A stretch of 64,000 nucleotides of DNA from Candidatus Poribacteria bacterium. GTDB taxonomy: Bacteria > Poribacteria > WGA-4E > WGA-3G. Below the pieces are notes generated by a model, which did no database searches, was not told the DNA's origin, and was given only the letters and a program-made list of their open reading frames with translations. The DNA is taken from positions 544,001 through 608,000 of the forward strand of contig CAXXLX010000001.1 in NCBI GenBank assembly GCA_963665235.2, written 5' to 3'. This document shows, one piece after another, positions 20,671 to 30,890 of this stretch. Numbering within the stretch: position 1 is the first letter of the stretch; each line of letters starts with the position of its first letter. The position numbers and the translations under genes are program-made.

Positions 20671-21774
20671 TCACCAGTCCACAACGGCTCCGTCATCCGG
20701 ATGGTATGTCATCGGATTTCGCCAGTCGTGATCGATTTTGTCTTCAAGTGCATCTTCGTCAAGTTCAATGCCTAATCCAGGGCCGGTGGGAAGTTCGACG
20801 AATCCATCGTTGAAAACGAAGGGATTCTTAAGATAGCCTTCTCCGAGGGTGGTATGTTCCTGCATCACGAAGTTCGGAATGGAGGCATCTAATTGGATAC
20901 ATGCGGCTAACGAGATGGGGCCGAGCGGATTATGTGGGGCGATGCCGCCGTAATAGGCTTCCGCCATTCCTGCGATGATGCGTACTTCATTGATACCGCC
21001 TGCATGACAAAGGTCGGGTTGGAGGATAGACGCTGCCTGTTTCTCCAAAATTTCGCGGAATCCCCATTTGGTGAAAATCCGTTCCCCTGTTGCAATCGGC
21101 AAATGGGTGCTGCGTGCAATTTCCGCGAGGACATCCACATTTTGACACTGAATCGGCTCTTCGATAAACATCGGTTGATACGGTTCCAAGGCTTTAATTA
21201 AAACCTTCGCTGTCTGTGGACTGACAGCACCGTGGAAGTCAATAGCCAGGTCCACTTCTGTGCCAGCGGCTTCACGCAATGCAGCAAAATGCTCGACAGC
21301 TCTGTCAATGAAAGCTTTGTTTTCAATTATACGTGGGGCTCTTCCGCCAGCAACGCCGGTTTTAAAAGCGGTAAACCCTTTGTCAATCCATTCCCGAATG
21401 CCTTGCGGGTCGCCGCCGCCTTTGTATAGTCTAATTCGGTCACGGGTGGGGCCGCCGAAGAGTTGGTAAACGGGCACCCCGAGTGATTTTCCTGCTAAAT
21501 CCCAGAGGGCTTGTTCAACGCCGCTCAGCGCGCTTGTCAGGATAGGGCCACCTCGGTAGAATGCATGTCGGTACATCGCCTGCCAGTGATGGACGACGCG
21601 TCTTGGGTCTTCGCCGATGAGGTAGGGTGCAAGTTCGTCGACAGCTTGTGCACAGGTCTTCGCGCGCCCCTCTAAAATCGGTTCGCCAAGTCCAACTAAA
21701 CCTTCATCGGTGTGGATTTTTAAAAAAAGCCAACGTGGCTGTACGAGAAATGTTTCTAATTTTGTAATTTTCAT
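20671..21774 (-). CDS. dgoD: Galactonate dehydratase (enolase superfamily)
   Basis: PRWLFLKIHTDEG, YRGGPIL, DFHG, EEP, GER and APHNPLGPI motifs. Confidence 0.9.
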   Translation of the reverse strand: MKITKLETFLVQPRWLFLKIHTDEGLVGLGEPILEGRAKTCAQAVDELAPYLIGEDPRRVVHHWQAMYRHAFYRGGPILTSALSGVEQALWDLAGKSLGVPVYQLFGGPTRDRIRLYKGGGDPQGIREWIDKGFTAFKTGVAGGRAPRIIENKAFIDRAVEHFAALREAAGTEVDLAIDFHGAVSPQTAKVLIKALEPYQPMFIEEPIQCQNVDVLAEIARSTHLPIATGERIFTKWGFREILEKQAASILQPDLCHAGGINEVRIIAGMAEAYYGGIAPHNPLGPISLAACIQLDASIPNFVMQEHTTLGEGYLKNPFVFNDGFVELPTGPGLGIELDEDALEDKIDHDWRNPMTYHPDDGAVVDW

Positions 21775-21977
21775 CGAAAACTCCTTTTCCTTTAAGCCCA
21801 ACCAACGGGCGGACTGGATATACGGCATGACACGCCTTTTTTGTATGTATCCTCAACGAACCGATAGGAAATATTAAAAAATGGTATCATTTTGCCTAAA
21901 TTTTGTCAATCTTTTTTTTGATGGTGAGACATGATTCAAATTTGAAATTTTTGAGAGAATCTGTTATCATGATTAGT

Positions 21978-22928
21978 ATGAAAAGAGGAAAACCTTTACT
22001 CAATGTGAATATTGGCGGGATTCAGATGCGAAATCCTGTTATGACAGCCTCCGGGACGTTCGGGTACGGCAGTGAATATGCGGAGTTCATAAATTTGAAC
22101 GAGCTCGGTGCGGTTGTCGTTAAAGGGGTGACAAGCACGCCATGGCCCGGCAACCCGATGCAACGTATTATGGAAACCCCATCCGGCATGCTCAACGCCA
22201 TTGGGCTTCAGAATGTTGGGGTGGATGATTTTATCCGTCAAAAATTGCCCTATCTTCGCGATTTTGATGTACCTGTCATCGTCAATGTCTGCGGCAAAAC
22301 AGTGGCGGAATATCTGACGGTGGTGGCAAAGCTAAACAGGGCGGCAGGGGTTGCTGGGGTGGAGCTCAACATATCCTGTCCGAATCTGGATTATGGCGGT
22401 ATGAGTTTCGGCGTTAATGCAACGTTAGCACATCAACTTGTGAAAGCGGTTCGCGCAGAAACAGCACTTCCGTTATTGGTGAAACTGACACCGAATGTCA
22501 CGGATATTACAGTGATTGCCCGTGCTGTTGAATCTGCTGGGGCAGATGCGCTCTCTGCGATTAATACCTTACGTGCTATGGCAATCAATGCGGAAACGCG
22601 CAGACCGGAACTTTCAAACGTCACAGGTGGGCTCTCTGGGCCTGCAATTAAGCCGGTGGCATTGCGATTTGTTTGGGAGGCTTACAAAAGCGTCTCTATT
22701 CCAATTGTCGGGATGGGTGGTATTATGAATGCGACAGATGCAGTGGAATTTTTTATCGCCGGTGCGTCCGCTGTCGCAGTGGGGACCGCGAACTTTGTCA
22801 ATCCTCGGGCATCAATGGAAGTGGTGGAGGGTATTCACGCCTATCTTGAAAAAGCAGAGATGCCGTCCATCGACGAACTAGTCGGGAGTCTGAAGGTTAA
22901 TGACACTGAAGCAACGCGAGAAAGTTGA
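21978..22928 (+). CDS. pyrD: Dihydroorotate dehydrogenase family 1B catalytic subunit
   Basis: ASGTFG, NAIGLQN, ELNISCPN and GGLSGPAIKP motifs; start codon uncertain. Confidence 0.93.
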   Translation: MKRGKPLLNVNIGGIQMRNPVMTASGTFGYGSEYAEFINLNELGAVVVKGVTSTPWPGNPMQRIMETPSGMLNAIGLQNVGVDDFIRQKLPYLRDFDVPVIVNVCGKTVAEYLTVVAKLNRAAGVAGVELNISCPNLDYGGMSFGVNATLAHQLVKAVRAETALPLLVKLTPNVTDITVIARAVESAGADALSAINTLRAMAINAETRRPELSNVTGGLSGPAIKPVALRFVWEAYKSVSIPIVGMGGIMNATDAVEFFIAGASAVAVGTANFVNPRASMEVVEGIHAYLEKAEMPSIDELVGSLKVNDTEATRES

Positions 22929-22960
22929 TATTTTCTCACAAGATAAGGAAATATTAAAGA

Positions 22961-24040
22961 ATGCGGCATCTTGTAACGCTTGACGATTTATCCAATTTTG
23001 AAATTGAGCAAATTTTTCGCCTTGCAGGCGGCATGCAGGTCCAATTAGAGACCTGGGCAGGAATTTGCCGAAGCAAGTTGCTGGCAACCCTTTTTTATGA
23101 ACCGAGTACACGGACTCGGCTCTCGTTTGAGAGTGCAATGGAACGTCTCAACGGGGGTACGCTCGGTTTTGCTGACCCGCGTGCAACCTCTGCCACGAAA
23201 GGGGAAACGTTGGCTGATACCGCGAGAATGGTCACGAACTATGCAGACATCATTGTCGTTCGGCACAATTGGGCGGGTTCGGCGCGTGTCATGGCAAGTT
23301 ATGCGAATATTCCTGTAATCAATGGGGGTGATGGAAGTCATACCCATCCCACACAAGCACTTACCGACCTCTATACGATTATTCGGCGGAAATCACAGGT
23401 GAACGGGTTAAACATTGGCATCTGTGGTGACCTGCGATATGGCCGTGCGGCACACTCGTTTGCATTAGCGGCCGCAAGATTCGGGGGCAAGCTGATTCAT
23501 ATTGCACCCAGCGGGTTACAGATGCCGCCCTGGGTGCTGGCGCGATTAGCACATCTCCATGCACAAAAACCGATTGAAGTAGAAAACGTCACAGAGGTGA
23601 TTGAAACACTTGATGTTATCTATGTTAACCGCCTTCAGGAGGAGCGGCTTCCGCCCACTGTAGATGCGAAAACTGTGCGCGGGAGTTATCTGCTGAATGC
23701 AGCTGTAATGAAAAATGCGAAACCGGATGCGATGATTATGCACCCGCTCCCACGCGTCAACGAACTCGCTTACGAGTTAGATGATGACCCACGCGCTGCC
23801 TATTTTGAACAATCCGCGAATGCTGTGCCAGTTCGCATGGCACTGATTGCTAGCCTTATGGGATTAGAACAACTTATCTTAACACAGCCGCCAGAACGAA
23901 ACATCGGGAAAGCAGCCCATCAGTGTGAAAACACGAACTGTGTCACTAATCATGAGACCTATCTGCTTTCCGAACGTGAAACGTTTACGGGGGATGTTGA
24001 GGTTCACGGCTGCGCGTATTGTGGAGTCCTTATTCCTTAA
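22961..24040 (+). CDS. pyrB: Aspartate carbamoyltransferase with a C-terminal PyrI-like zinc domain
   Basis: FYEPSTRTRLSF, HPTQAL and HPLPR motifs; tail CENTNC...CAYC. Confidence 0.93.
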   Translation: MRHLVTLDDLSNFEIEQIFRLAGGMQVQLETWAGICRSKLLATLFYEPSTRTRLSFESAMERLNGGTLGFADPRATSATKGETLADTARMVTNYADIIVVRHNWAGSARVMASYANIPVINGGDGSHTHPTQALTDLYTIIRRKSQVNGLNIGICGDLRYGRAAHSFALAAARFGGKLIHIAPSGLQMPPWVLARLAHLHAQKPIEVENVTEVIETLDVIYVNRLQEERLPPTVDAKTVRGSYLLNAAVMKNAKPDAMIMHPLPRVNELAYELDDDPRAAYFEQSANAVPVRMALIASLMGLEQLILTQPPERNIGKAAHQCENTNCVTNHETYLLSERETFTGDVEVHGCAYCGVLIP

Positions 24041-24094
24041 ATGTAGTAGAAACGCTCCAAATGTAGTAGAAACGCCCCGCCATGCTGTCCGCTA

Positions 24095-25477
24095 TTATTC
24101 CTCGGTAAGCGGTGTCCCTTTCTCAAGAAGTGCTTGCTTGGTTACACGCCAGAAAAGATCGCCTGGACCAACAGCGTGCCACATTCCGTTTATAAAGGTC
24201 ATGACAGCACTATCTTTCCTTTCATCCGAGAGGGTGCTGCGCGGAAACCTTTGCTTGGGGCCCCAATTCGTGTAAGTGAGCGGTTCACCGCTTTGCCATA
24301 CCCAATCCCCCTCTGTTTCAGCATCGCTGAGACCAATCCAATAGAGAGAATTGCCAAAGATGCCTGAAAGCCATTTCTGTTCCGCTTCGTCGTTGATGGC
24401 GACGAGATATGCTCCTTCGGTAGCGGCTTGCTTTTGTGCGTCTTTAAGATTTCTGCACCGGATTTTTCTGTAAGCGTGACCGTTCGCCGGGTTCACAACC
24501 CACACATTTTTGGGGCTTGAAAACCGCCCAGGCCGCGCTGGTAGCACCGGCAGCGGCGGGGGTGTACTATCGTCCGGCTCATCCGATGGTTTCAGTGTCT
24601 TCGTCAGTTTACGTAATAGACTTGGCAACGATTCACGAGATGTGGTGTCTGGCTTCGGTTTGGGAGTGGAGGCTGCACCTTCAGAAGATGGCTTTGGTTT
24701 CGGAGTGGAGGCTACACCATCAGATGTTGGTTTGGGCGGTGGTGCTACACCATCCAATGTTAAAACTAGGTCATCGTGACGTGTTCCATCTTCAATCAAA
24801 ATCTTTTCTGACTGTGCTGAAAGGCCTCTGTACTTCACTAAAATCGTGTAGTGTGCTGGAACGTCATCTTTCTGAATATAGTGCACAAAATATCCCTCGG
24901 AATTTGTAGCACTGCCTCCACTACTCCTACCGCTCCCTGTTCCATCTACATCTTCATGTGTGATGACTTCGGTAATACGTGCGTTGGTTAACGGTTTTCC
25001 ATCCTTGAAAACGACTCGCGCCCGAATCCGCGCCCGGAGTTGCACAGTGACCGCCACATTTTCGAAATGCCCCCCCGGCTTGACACCGAAACTGATACCC
25101 CCGAAGTGTGTAGGTCCATGTTGAAAAAGGGTTATGTTCCCGATTTTGATTGAGACAATTTCATAATCCGGTTCCGAGGGTGCAAGCAGGACTATGGGCC
25201 GGGTGTTCGGAATCTTCTTTTTACTCTCTTCTTGCGTTTGCACGGGAATAGTAATCTGAATCGGTCCAGCGGGGATATTCGTGAAAGTAAAAGCACCCTT
25301 TTCGTTAGTTTTCACGCCTTGCAAACGCGACGATAGACCAATTACAAATCCGGCAATCGGTTTCCCTTTTGTATCAAGGACAGTACCAGAGAGCGTCCCA
25401 CCTTTTCCTTGTGCTACACAAGGCACTGACATCATAAGGCAAAATCCGATAATTCCAATGAAAAATAAACGTTTCAT
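24095..25477 (-). CDS. Secreted carboxypeptidase-regulatory-like domain + C-type lectin protein (paralog A1)
   Basis: Signal peptide, SGTVLDTKGKPI, Pro-rich linker, NGHAY...WIGLSD...W lectin domain. Confidence 0.85.
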   Translation of the reverse strand: MKRLFFIGIIGFCLMMSVPCVAQGKGGTLSGTVLDTKGKPIAGFVIGLSSRLQGVKTNEKGAFTFTNIPAGPIQITIPVQTQEESKKKIPNTRPIVLLAPSEPDYEIVSIKIGNITLFQHGPTHFGGISFGVKPGGHFENVAVTVQLRARIRARVVFKDGKPLTNARITEVITHEDVDGTGSGRSSGGSATNSEGYFVHYIQKDDVPAHYTILVKYRGLSAQSEKILIEDGTRHDDLVLTLDGVAPPPKPTSDGVASTPKPKPSSEGAASTPKPKPDTTSRESLPSLLRKLTKTLKPSDEPDDSTPPPLPVLPARPGRFSSPKNVWVVNPANGHAYRKIRCRNLKDAQKQAATEGAYLVAINDEAEQKWLSGIFGNSLYWIGLSDAETEGDWVWQSGEPLTYTNWGPKQRFPRSTLSDERKDSAVMTFINGMWHAVGPGDLFWRVTKQALLEKGTPLTEE

Positions 25478-25488
25478 TTCTACCTCCG

Positions 25489-26742
25489 TTATTTACTGTC
25501 AGCTGGTTTTTGAATAGGTTGGGATGGTTTTTCTATAATTACCACTTTGGTGGAACGGGAGTGTCTATCTCCGGGCCCGACGGCCCGCCATCCACCACCA
25601 AATCCAAATCCGGCGATGACATAATCTTTCATGTCGGTGTTGCCTCCCTCGCTGTCCCCATCTGCCTCGTCGGCATATTTAGTCCAGTTAGTATAGGTAA
25701 CAGGCTCCCCGCTATGCCAGACCCATTTTCCCTCTTCAGCGGCATCACTGAGCCCAATCAAAAAATCCGTTCCTCCAGAGATTTGCCGTATCCATTCCTC
25801 TTCCGCTCTATCGTTAATAGAAACGAGGAACGCCTTTTCGGCGGTGGCTTTGGCAATTGCATCCTCTATACTGTGGCAATAAATCTTTTTGTAGGCGTGT
25901 CCATTTGTGGAGTTCACAGCCCATACCGGTGGTGGATTGAGAAATGCGTCTAATTCAGTTTCCATGCGCTCTGGGTCGTGTTCTTCTATCGGAATTGCCT
26001 GCTCCCCCATCTTCAAAAGAAGATGAACTTCGGGTTGGCCTTCGTGCAAAATAAATGGGAGCGATTTGGCAAGGAAACCTTCATACTCAACGCCAATTAC
26101 ATAGAACTGCGGCTCGTCATCTACCCTAAGGTCCTCCAAAAAATACCCCTCTGCATCGGTATAAAGTGTGCCCCATGAACTCCCGCGGCCGGTTTCATCC
26201 AGGTCCCTACGGCGGAATATATAGCGAATTTGTGCGTTAGCAATCGGCATCCCATCAGCATAAACGACCCGCGCGCGAACCTGGGGCTGGATTTGTGTTT
26301 TCACCTTGATAACGGCATCTTCAATTGTTGTCCCCGGGCTTAAGGAAAATCGCATTTCATTGAAATGTGGATGATCATTTGGATAAAGGGTTAGATTTCC
26401 GATGTCGACTGAAAGCACTTCTGTTTCCCTCTCGTCATCGCCTACCACCAATCTGACAGAGACTGGCGGAATGTCCGTGATGGAGAAACTGCCTTGTAGC
26501 CCGGTTTCTCTGGCTAATATCGGTAAGAAACCCTCTATTTCGATGCCCTCGACTTCGATTTCGTGTTGATGAACGGGGAAATCCGAAGGTTGAATTTCTA
26601 TCGGCATACCGACAACCGGATTTCCCTTTTCATCAACTACACGGCCGGAAAATGTGGAACCTTCTTGTGCAAGCGCGAACGATGCCGCACAAGTGAATAG
26701 CATCGTAATCCCTAAGAGCACGCTAAGTTTTTGAAACGTCAT
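25489..26742 (-). CDS. Secreted carboxypeptidase-regulatory-like domain + C-type lectin protein (paralog B1)
   Basis: Signal peptide, SGRVVDEKGNPV, NGHAY...IGLSDAAEEGKWVW. Confidence 0.85.
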   Translation of the reverse strand: MTFQKLSVLLGITMLFTCAASFALAQEGSTFSGRVVDEKGNPVVGMPIEIQPSDFPVHQHEIEVEGIEIEGFLPILARETGLQGSFSITDIPPVSVRLVVGDDERETEVLSVDIGNLTLYPNDHPHFNEMRFSLSPGTTIEDAVIKVKTQIQPQVRARVVYADGMPIANAQIRYIFRRRDLDETGRGSSWGTLYTDAEGYFLEDLRVDDEPQFYVIGVEYEGFLAKSLPFILHEGQPEVHLLLKMGEQAIPIEEHDPERMETELDAFLNPPPVWAVNSTNGHAYKKIYCHSIEDAIAKATAEKAFLVSINDRAEEEWIRQISGGTDFLIGLSDAAEEGKWVWHSGEPVTYTNWTKYADEADGDSEGGNTDMKDYVIAGFGFGGGWRAVGPGDRHSRSTKVVIIEKPSQPIQKPADSK

Positions 26743-26926
26743 TGTAAATCTCCTTTTTTAATATTCACAGAACTTACGCACCTGAAAATCGCAGGCATAA
26801 TCGGAAACATTCTCTATACAACCTTTGACAGAATTTTAATCTTGTAATAGACTGTATAGATTATGGCATATTCAATAAATTTACGCAAGCATGGGCAAAA
26901 ACTTTACACACCTTGACCGAAAACCG

Positions 26927-27017
26927 TTATAAAATTCTATATTACGAAAAATTGCTAAAAATCATAATATAAAATTCTATATTACGAAAAATTGCTAAAA
27001 ATCATAATATAAAATTC
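26927..27017. repeat. AT-rich ~40-bp tandem duplication
   Basis: TATAAAATTCTATATTACGAAAAATTGCTAAAAATCATAA repeated twice plus a partial copy. Confidence 0.8.
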
Positions 27018-27086
27018 GTAGAATTTGAGTGATTGACGCGGAAGCTGTCCGAAAACATTAGGCACACGCTGCCATACCGTCACCTG

Positions 27087-28490
27087 TTATTCCCCGTTAG
27101 GCAGTGTATCCTTCTCAAGGAGTGCTTGCTTGGTCACGCGCCAGAAAAGCTCGCCTGGACCAACAGCGTGCCACATTCCGTTTACAAAGGTCATGACAGC
27201 ACTATCTTTCCTTTCATCCGAGAGGGTGCTGCGCGGAAACCTTTGCTTGGGGCCCCAATTCGTGTAGGTGAGCGGTTCACCGCTTTGCCATACCCAATCC
27301 CCCTCTGTTTTAGCATCGCTGAGACCAATCCAATAAAGAGAATTGCCAAAGATGCCTGAAAGCCATTTCTGTTCCGCTTCGTCGTTGATGGCGACGAGAT
27401 ATGCTCCTTCCGTAGCGGCTTGCTTTTGTGCGTCTTTAAGATTTCTGCACCGGATTTTTCTGTAAGCGTGACCGTTCGCTGGGTTCACAACCCATGCATT
27501 TTTAGGACCTGAAGACCGTCCAGGCCGCGACGTTTGCGGCGGGGGTGTGCTAGCGTCCGGCTCATCCGCCGGTTTCAGTTTCCCCGCCAGTTTACGTAAT
27601 AGACTTGGCAACGATTCACGAGGGGCGGTGTCTGGCTTCGGTTTGGGAGTGGAGGCTACACCTTCAGACGTTGGTTTGGAAGGGGGGACTACCCCCTCTG
27701 ATGTGGTGTCCGGCTTTGGTTTGGGAGTGGAGGCTACACCATCAGACGTTGGTTTGGGCGGTGGTGCTACACCATCTAATGTCAAAACTAGGTCATCGTG
27801 ACGTGTTCCGGCTTCAATCAAAATCTTTTTTGACAGTGCTGAAAGTCCTTTGTAATTCACGAGAACCGTGTAGTTTCCTGGAACGCTCCTTTGATGAATA
27901 TAATGCACAAAATATCCTTCGGAATTTGTAGTAATGTCTCCACTATTACTACCGCGACTTGTTCCATCTACACTTTCATGTGTGATGATCCGGCGAATAT
28001 GCGCGTTGGTTAACGGTTTCCCATCTTTGAAAACGACTCGCGCCTGAATCCGCGCCCGGCGTTGCACGGTAACCGCCACATTTTCGATATGATTGCCCGG
28101 CTTGACACCGAACATTATGCCGTCGACATCTTGAAAAAGGGTTATGTCTCCGATTTTGATTGAGACAACTTCATGCTCCGGGTTCCGGAATGAAGCCGGG
28201 ACTATGGGTGCGCCGTTGGGAATCTCCTTTTTACTTTCTTCTGGCGTTTGCACGGGAATAGTCATCCGAACCGGGCCAGCGGGGATATTCGTGAAAGTAA
28301 AAGCACCCTTTTCGTCCGTTTTCACGCCTTGTAAACGCGACGATAAGCTAATTACAAATCCGGCAATCGGTTTCCCTTTTGTATCAAGGACAGTGCCGGA
28401 GAGCGTTCCACCTTTTACTTGTGCAGGACAAGGCACTGATGTCATAAGGCAAAATCCGATAATTCCGATGAAAAATGTGATATGTTTCAT
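27087..28490 (-). CDS. C-type lectin domain protein (paralog A2)
   Basis: C-terminus nearly identical to 24095..25477. Confidence 0.85.
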   Translation of the reverse strand: MKHITFFIGIIGFCLMTSVPCPAQVKGGTLSGTVLDTKGKPIAGFVISLSSRLQGVKTDEKGAFTFTNIPAGPVRMTIPVQTPEESKKEIPNGAPIVPASFRNPEHEVVSIKIGDITLFQDVDGIMFGVKPGNHIENVAVTVQRRARIQARVVFKDGKPLTNAHIRRIITHESVDGTSRGSNSGDITTNSEGYFVHYIHQRSVPGNYTVLVNYKGLSALSKKILIEAGTRHDDLVLTLDGVAPPPKPTSDGVASTPKPKPDTTSEGVVPPSKPTSEGVASTPKPKPDTAPRESLPSLLRKLAGKLKPADEPDASTPPPQTSRPGRSSGPKNAWVVNPANGHAYRKIRCRNLKDAQKQAATEGAYLVAINDEAEQKWLSGIFGNSLYWIGLSDAKTEGDWVWQSGEPLTYTNWGPKQRFPRSTLSDERKDSAVMTFVNGMWHAVGPGELFWRVTKQALLEKDTLPNGE

Positions 28491-29734
28491 TATTTAACCT
28501 CCGTTGCTTTTTGAATAGGCGGGGATGGTTTTTCGAGAATCGCCACTTTGGTGAAACGGTGGTTTCTATCTCTGGGTCCGATGACCTGCCATCTACCCTG
28601 AAGACCATAGACAAATCTGGCGATGACATAATTTTTCATGTCGGTGTTGCCTTCCACGCTGTCCCCATCTGCTTCGTTGCCAGAGTTAATCCAGTTGGTA
28701 TAGGTAACAGGCTCACCACTATGCCAGACCCATTTTCCCTCTTCGGCGGCATCACTGAGCCCAATCCAAAAATCCGCTCCTCCAAAGATTTGCCGTATCC
28801 ATTCCTCTTCGGCTTTATCGTTAATAGAAATGAGGTAAGCCTTTTCGGCGGTAGCTTTGGCAATTGCATCCTCTATACTGCGGCAATAAATCTTTTTGTA
28901 GACGTGTCCATTTGTAGGGTTCACAGCCCATACCGGTGGGGGCTCGAGAAATGCGTCTAATTCAGTTCCCATGCGCTCTGGGTCGCGTTCTTCCAACGGA
29001 ATTGCCTGCTCGCTCATCTTCAAAAGAAGATGAACTTCGAGTTGGCCTTTGTGCAAAATAAATGGGAGCGATTTGGCAAGGAAGCCATCATATTCAACAC
29101 CAATTACATAGAACTGCGGCTCGTCATCTCCCTCGAGCTCCTGTAAAAAATACCCTTCCGCATCGGTATAACGTGTTCCCCCTGAACTCCCGCGGCCGGT
29201 TTCATCCAGGTCCCTACGGCGGAATACATAGCGAATTTGTGCGTTAGCAATCGGTGTCCCATCAGCATAAACGACCCGCGCGCGAATCTGCGGCCGGTGT
29301 CGGGTTTGTGTTCGGACTCTGATAACGGCATCTTTAATTGTTGTCCCCGGTGCTAAGGAAAACCTCATTTCCATTTCATCGAAATCTGAATCATTATAAA
29401 GCGTTAAACCTCCGATGTCGACTGAAAGCAATTGTGTTTCTCTCTCGTCCTCGCCTACCACCAATCTGACAGAGCCTGGTGGAATGTCCGTGATGGAGAA
29501 ATTGCCTTGTAGCCCGGTTTCCCTGGCTAATAGCGGTAAGAAACCCTCTACTTCGATGTCCCCGGCTTCGATTTTGTGAGGCTGAATTTCTATCGGCATC
29601 CCGACAACCGGATTTCCCTTTTCATCAACAATACGGCCGGAGAATGTGGCACCTTCTTGTGCAGGCGCGAACGGTGCCGCCCAAGTGAACAGCAGCATAA
29701 TCCCTAAAAGCATGCTAAGTTTTTGAAACGTCAT
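28490..29734 (-). CDS. C-type lectin domain protein (paralog B2)
   Basis: Paralog of 25489..26742; WIGLSD motif. Confidence 0.85.
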   Translation of the reverse strand: MTFQKLSMLLGIMLLFTWAAPFAPAQEGATFSGRIVDEKGNPVVGMPIEIQPHKIEAGDIEVEGFLPLLARETGLQGNFSITDIPPGSVRLVVGEDERETQLLSVDIGGLTLYNDSDFDEMEMRFSLAPGTTIKDAVIRVRTQTRHRPQIRARVVYADGTPIANAQIRYVFRRRDLDETGRGSSGGTRYTDAEGYFLQELEGDDEPQFYVIGVEYDGFLAKSLPFILHKGQLEVHLLLKMSEQAIPLEERDPERMGTELDAFLEPPPVWAVNPTNGHVYKKIYCRSIEDAIAKATAEKAYLISINDKAEEEWIRQIFGGADFWIGLSDAAEEGKWVWHSGEPVTYTNWINSGNEADGDSVEGNTDMKNYVIARFVYGLQGRWQVIGPRDRNHRFTKVAILEKPSPPIQKATEVK

Positions 29735-30082
29735 TGTAAATTTCACTCCTTCGTACGTAAGTCTTGTGTTATTTTTGGTTATTTAGAGTCTCTTTAGATG
29801 TAAAAAGATAGTAAAAAATTAAAGATTACAGAATTAGGCATTATAATGATTTAATCAGAGTCCGCCTACAGACCTCGCACCGCACCTGCTAACGAAACAG
29901 AAGGGCTACAATTAAACCGGCATAATGTCTATTGTAATCTTGTGATAGACTGTCCAGATTATGGCATATTCAATAGATGGACGCACACATGTTTTGGCGC
30001 AGAAAAATTTTCCTTGATTTTTTGATGAATTTAGACTAAAATTTAAAGATACAGACTTTTTAATTTACAGAAGGTGGTTCTT

Positions 30083-30427
30083 ATGACCGGTACCGAATTT
30101 ATGACCCTACGAGAAAATGGCGAGGTCAAAATTGTTGATGTCAAAACAGATTTGAGCAGTTACGCTGCTTCCGATTTGCGTAAGGTCTTAGAGGACCTTC
30201 TTGCGGAGAAGGTCAATATGATTGTTGTGAACCTGAGTGAGGTTAGTCACATCAACAGTACTGCTGTCGGCAGTCTTGTAGGTGTAGCGAAGCGGCTGCG
30301 GCAGAGCGGTGGCGACCTCAAAATTTGTGAAGCGGCACTAAACTTGAGGCACACCTTCGATTTGATAGGTGCCTCAAGCGTTGTTGAAATTTACGAATCT
30401 GAGAAGAGTGCGATTGCCGCTTTTTAA
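30083..30427 (+). CDS. STAS-domain anti-sigma factor antagonist
   Basis: NLSEVSHINSTAVGSL motif, RsbV/SpoIIAA-like. Confidence 0.88.
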   Translation: MTGTEFMTLRENGEVKIVDVKTDLSSYAASDLRKVLEDLLAEKVNMIVVNLSEVSHINSTAVGSLVGVAKRLRQSGGDLKICEAALNLRHTFDLIGASSVVEIYESEKSAIAAF

Positions 30428-30458
30428 GCAAACGCGCTATAGAAAACGGGTACGAGCT

Positions 30459-30890
30459 ATGGAGAAAACCTATATTGAGCTCAAGGTGCCGAGCGATGTC
30501 TATTACCTTGAGGCGGTACGTGCATTTGTCGGGAAGTTGTCCGAAACCTTGAGATTTTCCAAAAAACGGGTATCAGACATTCAGCTCGCGCTTGACGAAA
30601 TCTGTAGCAATGCTGTCAATCACGGTTCAACGGGGGTTGAAAGCGGAATTCTATTGCAAATTAGCGTTGATGCGCGAGTGCTTGAGATTTTGGTCAGAGA
30701 TACGGGCAAACAGGGAACATGCGACTGGCTAACGCCTGAAAGGTTGACTGAGATTAAGCAGCAACGTTCGCCTGAGGGTGAACGCGGGCATGGGCTTTTT
30801 ATCGTAAATTGTCTTACTGATGCACACAAATTGGAGGGGAATGCAGGTGGGGGGACAGATGTAACAGCTATTTTTTATCGGGAGCATTAG
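30459..30890 (+). CDS. Anti-sigma factor kinase (RsbW/SpoIIAB-like HATPase)
   Basis: EICSNAVNHG, DTG and GHGLF motifs. Confidence 0.88.
   Translation: MEKTYIELKVPSDVYYLEAVRAFVGKLSETLRFSKKRVSDIQLALDEICSNAVNHGSTGVESGILLQISVDARVLEILVRDTGKQGTCDWLTPERLTEIKQQRSPEGERGHGLFIVNCLTDAHKLEGNAGGGTDVTAIFYREH

Noticed and set aside
24095-28490. Diversity-generating retroelement (template/variable repeat in the lectin genes)
   Set aside because: No reverse transcriptase in the window. Both copies are full coding genes, and the differences I compared are mostly synonymous rather than adenine-specific.
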